The position numbers were made by a program, and so were the translations under genes. From assembly GCA_041911695.1 (NCBI GenBank), contig JAYROM010000144.1, positions 1,149 to 65,148 of the forward strand: a stretch of DNA of 64,000 bases, in the 5' to 3' direction. Every line of letters begins with the position of its first letter. The first letter of the stretch is position 1. The notes under the pieces are model-generated. The model had not been told where the DNA came from, searched no databases, and was given only the letters and a program-made list of their open reading frames with translations. Source of the DNA: Aeromonadaceae bacterium. GTDB lineage: Bacteria; Pseudomonadota; Gammaproteobacteria; Enterobacterales; Aeromonadaceae. Positions 55,302 to 64,000 of the stretch are shown in pieces.

Positions 55302-55886
55302 ATGTCGATCATCAGCATTTCCGAAGCCGCCCAGGCCCATTTTCGCAAGCTGCTGGCCAACCAGCCCGAAGGCACCCATATTCGCGTCTTCGTCATGAAT
55401 CCGGGTACACCGCATGCCGAATGCGGGGTCTCTTACTGTCCACCCGATGCCGTCGAGCCGGAAGACCTGTCGCTGCCGTTTGATGGCTTCTCCGCCATGG
55501 TCGATCCACAAAGCGCCCCCTATCTTGAGGCCGCAGTCATCGATTTTGTCACCGATCAAATGGGCTCACAGCTGACGCTCAAGGCACCGAATGCCAAGAT
55601 GCGCAAGGTGGCTGACGATGCGCCACTGGTAGAACGACTCGAATATGTCATCCAGAGCGAGATCAATCCGTCGCTGGCCGGTCATGGCGGACGAGTCACC
55701 CTCACCGAGATCACCGAGGACGGTTATGTGATCCTGCAGTTTGGGGGTGGTTGTAATGGCTGCTCAATGGTCGATGTTACCCTGAAAGAGGGGATCGAAA
55801 AGCAGTTGCTGCAGCAGTTCCCGGGCGAGATCACCGGGGTACGTGATGCCACCGAGCACTCACGCGGCGACCACTCGTTTTACTAA
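55302..55886 (+). CDS. nfuA: Fe-S biogenesis carrier NfuA
   Basis: [31 protein letters not shown]. Confidence 0.97.
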   Translation: MSIISISEAAQAHFRKLLANQPEGTHIRVFVMNPGTPHAECGVSYCPPDAVEPEDLSLPFDGFSAMVDPQSAPYLEAAVIDFVTDQMGSQLTLKAPNAKMRKVADDAPLVERLEYVIQSEINPSLAGHGGRVTLTEITEDGYVILQFGGGCNGCSMVDVTLKEGIEKQLLQQFPGEITGVRDATEHSRGDHSFY

Positions 55887-55911
55887 GTGCTCCTGCTACA
55901 GAAGACAGAGA

Positions 55912-55946
55912 CAAACAGGCCCCGCATTGCGAGGCCTGTTTGGTTT
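55912..55946. terminator. Bidirectional nfuA/gpsA terminator
   Basis: CAAACAGGCC(C)CGCA-T-TGCG(A)GGCCTGTTTG. Confidence 0.7.
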
Positions 55947-55974
55947 AGGGCTGTCGTTTGCCGAGCGTGTGGCA

Positions 55975-56979
<1,005 letters not shown>

Positions 56980-56981
56980 AT

Positions 56982-57458
56982 TTAGTGGCTCGCGGAAGAA
57001 GCCTGCTGTTCTTCTTCCAGCTTGGACATGTGTGCAGCGAACAGCGCATCGAAGTTAACCGGTGCCAGGTTCAGCTGCGGGAAGGAGCCCTTGCCGACCA
57101 GGCCAGCCACGGTTTCACGGGCATACGGGAACAGGATGTTCGGGCAGTAGGAGCCCAGGCAGTGGGCCAACTGCGGCGCATCCAGATGGGAGGCGGTGAA
57201 GATACCGGCCTGACGCACTTCGCACAGGAAGGCGGTCTCTTCACCCAGGGTGCAGGTGACGGTCAGGGTCAGTACCACTTCATAGATGTCCTCAGCCAGT
57301 GCGGCAGTCTTGGTATCCATGTCCAGCTTGATTTCTGGCTGCCAATCCTTCTGGAAGATGTGCGGGGTGTTCGGCGCTTCGAAGGAGACATCCTTGATAT
57401 AGACACGCTGGATGTGGAATTCCGGCTGCTTGACTTCGTTATTCACTGCTTCAGACAT
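56982..57458 (-). CDS. secB: Protein-export chaperone SecB
   Basis: [35 protein letters not shown]. Confidence 0.98.
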   Translation of the reverse strand: MSEAVNNEVKQPEFHIQRVYIKDVSFEAPNTPHIFQKDWQPEIKLDMDTKTAALAEDIYEVVLTLTVTCTLGEETAFLCEVRQAGIFTASHLDAPQLAHCLGSYCPNILFPYARETVAGLVGKGSFPQLNLAPVNFDALFAAHMSKLEEEQQASSASH

Positions 57459-57506
57459 GACTTGATTCCTTGTAAAAACGGGGAGTTGGCCCGTAAAAGA
57501 CGATTA

Positions 57507-57938
57507 TTAGCGTTTTTTGGTCACCGGCAGGTTCTCACCGCGCCAGTTGACCATGCCACCGCGCAATGCCACCACACGGGTAAAGCCGGCCTTCATCAGG
57601 GCACGGGCAGCAGGCTGGGCACGCATACCGGATTCGCACACCACAATAATGGGGGCGTCACGGTGCTTTTCAATCTGGGTCAGGTGACCGGCTTCCACTT
57701 GCGCGACAGGAATGTGCACTGCGTCAACAATATGGCCACGATCAAACTCTTCCTGAGCCCGTACGTCGACCACGACGCCGTTTTCACGGTTAATCAGCAG
57801 GGTGGCTTCGGTGTTGCTGACCTGGCGCAACGGCGACATCAGCCCACGAACGGTGGTGTAAATCAGTGCCACCAGCAGACCCAACCACGCGGCGACCAGC
57901 ATGGGGTTACGGCCAAAAAAATCGATATATTCTTGCAT
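57507..57938 (-). CDS. yibN: Rhodanese-domain membrane protein (YibN-like)
   Basis: MQEYIDF..TM..VDVR..GHI..VVCESG..LRGG..W; upstream of secB. Confidence 0.88.
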   Translation of the reverse strand: MQEYIDFFGRNPMLVAAWLGLLVALIYTTVRGLMSPLRQVSNTEATLLINRENGVVVDVRAQEEFDRGHIVDAVHIPVAQVEAGHLTQIEKHRDAPIIVVCESGMRAQPAARALMKAGFTRVVALRGGMVNWRGENLPVTKKR

Positions 57939-58160
57939 TGGGATTGAAATTCCGTAACTGAGAAAACAAAACGCCAGCAGTATACATGGGGGGGGACAGA
58001 ATAGCAGCCGACATCAGGGAAAACGCACGATGCCGATCGCAGCGCAAACAAGTCAAGACCACGGCCGGAAATGTGTGATCTGATGACTATTCCGGCAGAT
58101 GCTGTAAAATGAATCCCAGCTTTCATTTCCCATATCTGTCATTTGAAGAGGATCCCTCTC

Positions 58161-59699
58161 ATGTCTACTGCCAAGAAGCCGCTGGCCCTGATCATCATGG
58201 ACGGCTGGGGTTACAGCACCAAGAAAGAGTTCAATGCTGTGGCCGGTGCCAAGACCCCGAACCTGGATGCCCTGTGTGCCAAGCACGCACACACCCTGAT
58301 CTCCGCCTCCGGGATGGATGTTGGTCTGCCAGATGGCCAGATGGGCAACTCCGAAGTCGGTCACGTCAACATCGGTGCTGGCCGTATCGTTTACCAGGAA
58401 CTGACTCGTGTGACCAAAGAGATCCGCGACGGTGAGTTCTTCACCAATGCGGCGCTGTGCAAAGCGGTCGACGCGGCCGTTGCCCAGGGCAAGGCCGTCC
58501 ACATCATGGGTCTGATGTCCCCGGGTGGCGTACACAGCCACGAAGACCACATCATGGGCATGATCGAACTGGCAGCCCAGCGTGGCGCCGAACAGATTTA
58601 CTTCCACGCCTTCCTGGATGGCCGTGACGTGGCACCGCGCTGCGCACAGGACTCCATCAACCGTTTTGACGCCCTGTTTGCCAAGCTGGGCAAGGGCCGT
58701 ATCGCCTCGATGATTGGCCGTTACTACGCCATGGACCGTGACAACCGCTGGGATCGCGTGCAAGAAGCCTATGAGCTGATCACCGAAGGCAAGAGCGCGT
58801 TTGCTCCGTATGCCGACGCTACCGCTGCCCTGGCTGCCGCCTATGCCCGTGAAGAGAACGACGAATTCGTCAAGGCCTGCGTGATCGGCAGCGAAGCCGC
58901 CGTGCTGAACGATGGCGATGCGATGATTTTCATGAACTTCCGCGCTGACCGTGCCCGTGAAATCACCCGCTCGTTCGTCGATGCCGACTTCACCGGTTTT
59001 GCCCGTGCCAAGCAGCCGAAGCTGGCTGACTTCGTGATGCTGACCGAGTACGCCGCCGACATCAAGACCAGCTGCGCCTACCCGCCGTCAACCCTGACCA
59101 ACACCCTGGGCGAATGGCTGGCCAACCACGACAAGACCCAGCTGCGCATCTCCGAAACCGAGAAGTATGCCCACGTCACCTTCTTCTTCAACGGTGGCGA
59201 GGAAGCCAACTTCAAGGGTGAGGACCGCGAACTGATCCAGAGCCCGAAGGTGGCCACCTATGACCTGCAGCCGGAAATGAGCTCCGTCGAGCTGACCGAC
59301 AAGCTGGTTGCCGCCATCAAGGGTGGCAAGTACGACGTGATCATCTGTAACTATCCGAATGGCGACATGGTCGGCCACACCGGGGTTTACGATGCGGCCG
59401 TCAAGGCCTGTGAAGCGGTTGATACCTCGATCGGTCGTGTCGTTGCTGCGCTGCAGGAAGTTGGTGGCGAATGCCTGATCACGGCTGACCACGGCAACGC
59501 CGAGCAGATGATGAACGAAGAGACCGGCCAAGCGCATACCGCGCACACCAACCTGCCGGTACCGCTGATCTACTTCGGTCGCGAAGCGACGGCGGTAGAA
59601 GGCGGCAAGCTGTCTGACCTGGCGCCGACCATGCTGACCCTGATGGGCATGGAGATCCCGGCCGAAATGACTGGCAAGCCCCTGATGATTTTGAAATAA
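58161..59699 (+). CDS. gpmI: 2,3-bisphosphoglycerate-independent phosphoglycerate mutase
   Basis: [49 protein letters not shown]. Confidence 0.98.
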   Translation: MSTAKKPLALIIMDGWGYSTKKEFNAVAGAKTPNLDALCAKHAHTLISASGMDVGLPDGQMGNSEVGHVNIGAGRIVYQELTRVTKEIRDGEFFTNAALCKAVDAAVAQGKAVHIMGLMSPGGVHSHEDHIMGMIELAAQRGAEQIYFHAFLDGRDVAPRCAQDSINRFDALFAKLGKGRIASMIGRYYAMDRDNRWDRVQEAYELITEGKSAFAPYADATAALAAAYAREENDEFVKACVIGSEAAVLNDGDAMIFMNFRADRAREITRSFVDADFTGFARAKQPKLADFVMLTEYAADIKTSCAYPPSTLTNTLGEWLANHDKTQLRISETEKYAHVTFFFNGGEEANFKGEDRELIQSPKVATYDLQPEMSSVELTDKLVAAIKGGKYDVIICNYPNGDMVGHTGVYDAAVKACEAVDTSIGRVVAALQEVGGECLITADHGNAEQMMNEETGQAHTAHTNLPVPLIYFGREATAVEGGKLSDLAPTMLTLMGMEIPAEMTGKPLMILK

Positions 59700-59707
59700 T
59701 CCGCGCC

Positions 59708-61240
59708 ATGCGGAATATGGATAAATCCTCTCTCAAGCATCGCGTCGGCCCAGTGGCCGGCGCGCTGTTTTTCATCTGCCTGACCCTGCTTGCCGGGGCC
59801 CGGGCCGCCAACGGTGACGACGCCCAAACCGCGACCGTCGACAGTGGTGACCTGAAAGAAGTCCGCAAGCAGATCGAGCAGAAACAGCAAGAAATCCAGA
59901 AAACCCAGCAGGCGATCAGCCAGCAGAAACAGACGATTAACCAGCAGCAGCAGAGCATCTCGCAGCAGCAGCAGGTGATCAGCACCCAATCGACCGCCAT
60001 CCAGAGCCAGAAACGCGATCTTGGCAGCCTGCAACAGCAGTTGCAGAAGGATCAGGCCGCGATTAGCCAGCTTAACCAGAAGCTGAGCAAAACCCAGACC
60101 ACCCTGAATTCCACGCGCAAGCAGTTACGGACCCTGGAGCAGCAGCGTCGCCAGCTCGACGACACCCTCAAGCACCAGGAAAAACTGCTCGCCGACCAGC
60201 TCAACCACGCCTACCGCATGGGGGAGCATGACTACCTCAAGCTGTTACTTAATCAGCAAGATCCGACCGATATCGGCCGCACGCTGGAGTACTACGGCTA
60301 TTTCAACAATGCCCGCTTGCAAGCGATCAGCGCGATCAAGACCAGCCGCCAGGCACTGGAGCGCAACCGCCAGCAGACTGCCCAGTTGAGCAAAACCCTG
60401 AACAGCCAGCTGCAGGACCAACAATCCGTACAGCAGGATCTGCAGCAACAACAACGCCAGCGCAGCCAGACCGAAGCCGACATCAAAAGCGAGCTGGCCG
60501 CCCGCGAGGCCAAGCTGGCTAGCCATCAGGAAGCGCTGAAAGATACCCAGGATGCCCTCAAGGATCACCAGTCCGCGCTGGCCGATCAGCAAACCCAGCT
60601 GGCGGATGCCAAAACCCGACTGGCCAAGCTGAAGAAAGCCGAGCAGGAGATGAGCCGACAGATTGAGCTGGCCCGTAAACGCCTGCTCGCTGAACGCCAA
60701 CGCAAGAAGGCCGAAGCGATTGCCCAAGCCCGCGCCAAGGCACGGACCGAATCCAAGGCCCAAGGTCGTGCCGCCGCGGCGACCGCTGCAGCCGAAGATG
60801 CTGCAGAAGCACGCGCCTCGGCGCAGATCGCGCTCGGTGACCATAAGGGGATCGGCCAGGAGCGCGGCCGCCTGCCGTGGCCACTCAAGGGACCGCTGGT
60901 GCGCCAGTTCGGGGAGCACCGCCAGGGTGAGGTCTCCTGGAAGGGGATCCTGATCGGCGCCACCACCGGCTCCCCGGTGCGCGCAATCGCCGATGGCGAT
61001 GTGGTCTTTGCCAACCGGCTGGAGGGTTTCGGCAATGTGCTGGTCGTCGACCATGGCAACGGCTATCTCAGTCTGTATGGCAACAATGACAGCCTGCTCA
61101 AGCAGAGTGGTGATACGGTCCATCGCGGTGACCTGCTGGCGCGCGCCGGTAACAGCGGCGGGCAGACCCAGCCCGGGGTGTACTTCGAAATTCGCTGGCA
61201 AGGCAAACCCGTCAATCCGGTCAGCTGGCTCAGTCGTTGA
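59708..61240 (+). CDS. envC: Murein hydrolase activator EnvC (long coiled coil + degenerate M23 domain)
   Basis: Signal/TM segment, YLKLLLNQQDP..YYGYFN, LPWPLKG..WKGILI..DHG..SLYGNN..YFEIR; follows gpmI. Confidence 0.9.
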   Translation: MRNMDKSSLKHRVGPVAGALFFICLTLLAGARAANGDDAQTATVDSGDLKEVRKQIEQKQQEIQKTQQAISQQKQTINQQQQSISQQQQVISTQSTAIQSQKRDLGSLQQQLQKDQAAISQLNQKLSKTQTTLNSTRKQLRTLEQQRRQLDDTLKHQEKLLADQLNHAYRMGEHDYLKLLLNQQDPTDIGRTLEYYGYFNNARLQAISAIKTSRQALERNRQQTAQLSKTLNSQLQDQQSVQQDLQQQQRQRSQTEADIKSELAAREAKLASHQEALKDTQDALKDHQSALADQQTQLADAKTRLAKLKKAEQEMSRQIELARKRLLAERQRKKAEAIAQARAKARTESKAQGRAAAATAAAEDAAEARASAQIALGDHKGIGQERGRLPWPLKGPLVRQFGEHRQGEVSWKGILIGATTGSPVRAIADGDVVFANRLEGFGNVLVVDHGNGYLSLYGNNDSLLKQSGDTVHRGDLLARAGNSGGQTQPGVYFEIRWQGKPVNPVSWLSR

Positions 61241-61297
61241 ACTCCGCTGCGGGCGATCTGACATCGGGCGCTTACGCCCGATCTTAGTCGCGGCACA

Positions 61298-61579
61298 CTA
61301 TGCGGTCAGACGCTCCCACTCCGCAATCTCCAACAGAGCCTCTTCCCGATTGTGGCCGCAAACATCTGCCATCGGCCGAAACCCCAGACAGACGGCAGGG
61401 CGACTGGGTAACCCGAACAGTTGGCAACGCCAGGCATCATCCAGCTGGACGCAAGGCACACCGGCGGGCTTACCCTCCGGCATGCCGGGGATGGGCGAGC
61501 TGATGCTCGGCGCGATGCAGCAGGCACCGCAGCCGCTGCGACACTCGACGCGGTCAGGTTGCGCTGACGACTGCAGCAT
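61298..61579 (-). CDS. YkgJ-family cysteine-cluster protein
   Basis: CRSGCGACCIAPSISSPIPGMPEGKPAGVPCVQL..C..RPAVC..CG. Confidence 0.9.
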   Translation of the reverse strand: MLQSSAQPDRVECRSGCGACCIAPSISSPIPGMPEGKPAGVPCVQLDDAWRCQLFGLPSRPAVCLGFRPMADVCGHNREEALLEIAEWERLTA

Positions 61580-61718
61580 GATGATTTGCTGATTCAAGAG
61601 ATATCCTAGACGTTGATCGGCCCATCCTGAGTGCGGATCAGCCATACTTATGATTCATTCGATGCCGTTCTATCGTATTGAACAGCGCAAGACGGTATCT
61701 GAACAGGAGGAGTTTCGC

Positions 61719-62111
61719 ATGCGTCTCACCGTGCACCACAGTATCGACCTGCTGCCTCACTGGCAGGATAGCCTGCAAAAACTGCTGGCCGCTGACAATC
61801 TGCATCGAGATCAACTGTTGCATGTCGGCCACTGGCACGTCGCCACCTTCAATGACCGCGTGGTTGGCCTGGCCATTACCCGAGATGAGGAGATCCTCTA
61901 CTTTGCGGTGCGCGATGTCACCCGCCGTCGCGGTATTGGTCAGTATCTGTTAAGTGAAACCCTGACCTGGATGCATCAAGCTGGTTGTTCACAGGCGATG
62001 TTGTCAACCCATGCGGCGCGCGCCGAAGAGCATGCCGCCCTCGCCGCCTTCCTGCTGCATAATGGTTTCCAGCGCAATGGCGAACGCTACCTGCTGACCC
62101 TGAACCAGTAA
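61719..62111 (+). CDS. panM: Aspartate 1-decarboxylase activator PanM/PanZ (GNAT fold)
   Basis: AGGAGGAG RBS; MRLTV..ATFNDR..VRDVTRRRGIGQYLL..AFL..GF, resembling E. coli YhhK/PanZ. Confidence 0.8.
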   Translation: MRLTVHHSIDLLPHWQDSLQKLLAADNLHRDQLLHVGHWHVATFNDRVVGLAITRDEEILYFAVRDVTRRRGIGQYLLSETLTWMHQAGCSQAMLSTHAARAEEHAALAAFLLHNGFQRNGERYLLTLNQ

Positions 62112-62123
62112 GCCCCATCGACA

Positions 62124-62155
62124 CGACAACGGGGGCCGCCAAGCCCCCGTTGTCG
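62124..62155. terminator. Hairpin between convergent panM and glpX
   Basis: CGACAACGGGGGC-CGCCAA-GCCCCCGTTGTCG. Confidence 0.65.
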
Positions 62156-62215
62156 CTATGTGCCATCCAGAACGCGCGCCAATCAGTCAGCCACCCGGCC
62201 CTAGCGGCGAGTCAC

Positions 62216-63223
62216 TCAGAGCACGATATCGCGCAGCTGCTGATCCTTGCGTTCCAGATAATGGGTCGACTTGATACGACGAATGGTGCGAGACTTGCCG
62301 CGGATCAGCAAAGTTTCGGTGGTGGCCAGCACACCATCACTGGTGATGCCATCCAGCAGATCGCCCTTGGTGATACCGGTCACCGAGATGATGACGTTAT
62401 CAGTCCGCACCATATCGTCGAGCTGCAGCACGGTTTCCGCCGCAATCCCCATCCGTGCGCAGCGGGCCAGCTCTTCCTCACCCAACTGACGGTTCTCTGC
62501 GGTATCGCCCTTGACCTTGTGACGTGGCCACAGACGACCCTGCATATCGCCATCCAATGCGCGGACCACCGCAGCTGACACCACCCCTTCCGGGGCACCG
62601 CCGATGCAGTACAACATGTCGATTTCGTTATCCGGCAGACAGGTCAGCACCGAAGCGGCCACGTCGCCATCCGGAATGGCAAACACGCGCACGCCCATCT
62701 CCTGCATTTCGCGGATCGCCGCCTCATGGCGTGGCTTGGCCAGTGTGATCACACTCAGGCGCTGTAATGGCTTGTCGAGGGCCGCCGCCACCGCATGCAG
62801 ATTGTCAGACAACGGGCGGTTCATATCGATCACGCCTTTGGCCTTGTAACCGACGATCAGCTTTTCCATATACATATCCGGCGCCATCATGAAACCGCCG
62901 CGCGCCGCAGCCGCCAGCACAGCGACCGCATTGGCCTGCCCCATGGCGGTCATGCGCGTGCCGTCGATCGGATCGACCGCGATATCCACTGCATCGCCAC
63001 CGGCCCCGACCTTCTCGCCGATATACAGCATCGGGGCTTCATCAATCTCCCCCTCGCCGATGACGATCTCACCATCAATCTCGATCTGGTTGAGGACCAG
63101 GCGCATGGCCTCAACGGCGGCACCGTCAGCCAGGTTCTTGTCGCCGCGGCCCAGCCACTTGTAGCCGGCCAGCGCGGCGGCTTCGGTCACACGGGAAAAC
63201 TCAATCGCCAGTTCACGTTTCAT
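62216..63223 (-). CDS. glpX: Fructose-1,6-bisphosphatase class II
   Basis: MKRELAIEFSRVTEAAA, IGEGEIDEAPML, DIAVDPIDGT, APDMYMEK, GGAPEGV. Confidence 0.97.
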   Translation of the reverse strand: MKRELAIEFSRVTEAAALAGYKWLGRGDKNLADGAAVEAMRLVLNQIEIDGEIVIGEGEIDEAPMLYIGEKVGAGGDAVDIAVDPIDGTRMTAMGQANAVAVLAAAARGGFMMAPDMYMEKLIVGYKAKGVIDMNRPLSDNLHAVAAALDKPLQRLSVITLAKPRHEAAIREMQEMGVRVFAIPDGDVAASVLTCLPDNEIDMLYCIGGAPEGVVSAAVVRALDGDMQGRLWPRHKVKGDTAENRQLGEEELARCARMGIAAETVLQLDDMVRTDNVIISVTGITKGDLLDGITSDGVLATTETLLIRGKSRTIRRIKSTHYLERKDQQLRDIVL

Positions 63224-63323
63224 TACTGTCTACCTGTGGAAATGCGGAATGTGGAAACCGCGCGCATTCTAGCACCGCAGACAAACCTTTTCCTGCTCAA
63301 AAAAACAGCGCCTTATCGACCGT

Positions 63324-63379
63324 AAGCCATAAAAGCTTCATCGACTCGTCACCGAACCGTCATCCACCCCCCCTAGCAT
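63324..63379 (+). promoter_or_regulatory. Putative PhoB-dependent promoter (two tandem Pho boxes plus -10)
   Basis: GCCAT/TTCAT/GTCAC/GTCAT at exact 11-bp phase (63326, 63337, 63348, 63359), then 10 nt, then TAGCAT. Confidence 0.6.
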
Positions 63380-63433
63380 GACTCGCGTCAATAACCCTCG
63401 GCACCTGATGCCAATAAAACTTAACAAGGACTT

Positions 63434-64000
63434 ATGATGCACAAGTTGACTGTGATTGCTGCCACCCTGCTCGTTGCCACCTCTGCGGCCCAGGCGGCCG
63501 AAGTATTCAAGAATGAACAGGTTACCGTCGATGCCTACGGTCGCATCTACGCCGGTCAGTTCATGGGCACCAAGAAAGACAGCGCTGCGACCAGCACCAA
63601 CGATTACAGTGCCAAAGTGGGTGCCAACCAGTTCATCCGTTTTGGTGTCAAGGCTGACAGCGCTATCTCCGGCACCCTGAAGGCGGTGGGTCAATACGAA
63701 GCCCAGTTCAACATCGGTGATAGCGAGAAGATCAACAACGTCTCCTGTACCACCACCTCGCCGTCGGCTGGCACCTACTCCACCACCTGTAAGGATGACA
63801 AGGTGCGTACCCGTCTGGCGTTTGCCGGTGTGAAGTCGGATAACTGGGGCCAGATCACCTTCGGTCGTCAGAAGGGCGCCATCTCGCAGATCGCCGACTG
63901 GACTGACGTTTCGCTGTCCGATGGCTACGGCGCCGATGCACTGGGCCGTAACGCCGACACCTACGGTACCGGCCGCTCCTCCAACGTGCTGAAGTACTCG
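63434..64000 (+). CDS. General/trimeric porin (OmpU/OmpC/PhoE class), 5' part; runs off window
   Basis: Translated by hand: AAGGA RBS; MMHKLTVIAATLLVATSAAQA|AEVFKNE..VDAYGR..IRFGVK..GQYE..TRLAFAGVK..WGQITFGRQ..DWTD. Confidence 0.9.
   Translation, partial: MMHKLTVIAATLLVATSAAQAAEVFKNEQVTVDAYGRIYAGQFMGTKKDSAATSTNDYSAKVGANQFIRFGVKADSAISGTLKAVGQYEAQFNIGDSEKINNVSCTTTSPSAGTYSTTCKDDKVRTRLAFAGVKSDNWGQITFGRQKGAISQIADWTDVSLSDGYGADALGRNADTYGTGRSSNVLKYS

Overview
Core-chromosome window of a GC-rich gammaproteobacterium, most likely Aeromonadaceae (inferred from protein style and from gene order: argE/argCBFGH-ppc, metJ/metBL, nudE/yrfG-exeN..C/hslR-hslO-pckA). From left to right it contains the start of the alpha operon and the complete spc and S10 ribosomal operons (1-11.3 kb), the arginine cluster, ppc, ybaK, a DUF805 gene, a frameshifted soluble FIST/NosP-domain chemoreceptor, metL-metB/metJ, nudE, yrfG, the gspC-N type II secretion cluster, hslR-hslO-pckA, greB, a VirK-family gene, tex, three small or uncharacterised genes, bioH, a stand-alone sigma54/NtrC-type amtB, comF, nfuA, gpsA-secB-rhodanese, gpmI, envC, a YkgJ-family gene, panM, glpX and the 5' half of a porin. 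I found no CRISPR array, tRNA, rRNA, prophage or autonomous transposon. The most notable non-routine signals are: (1) a candidate ~112-nt sRNA between metJ and nudE, with its own promoter, terminator and an anti-Shine-Dalgarno loop; (2) a 145-bp IS4-type MITE inserted in the pckA/greB terminator; (3) a conserved but uncharacterised pair of a mini flagellar-axial-like protein and an SprA-related HExxH protein; (4) a +1 frameshift in the FIST-MCP; (5) a 15x7-nt T-less tandem repeat; (6) a 4x21-nt repeat at the gspI/gspJ junction; (7) four phased Pho-box half-sites ahead of the porin. All calls come from reading the sequence; no database searches were run.
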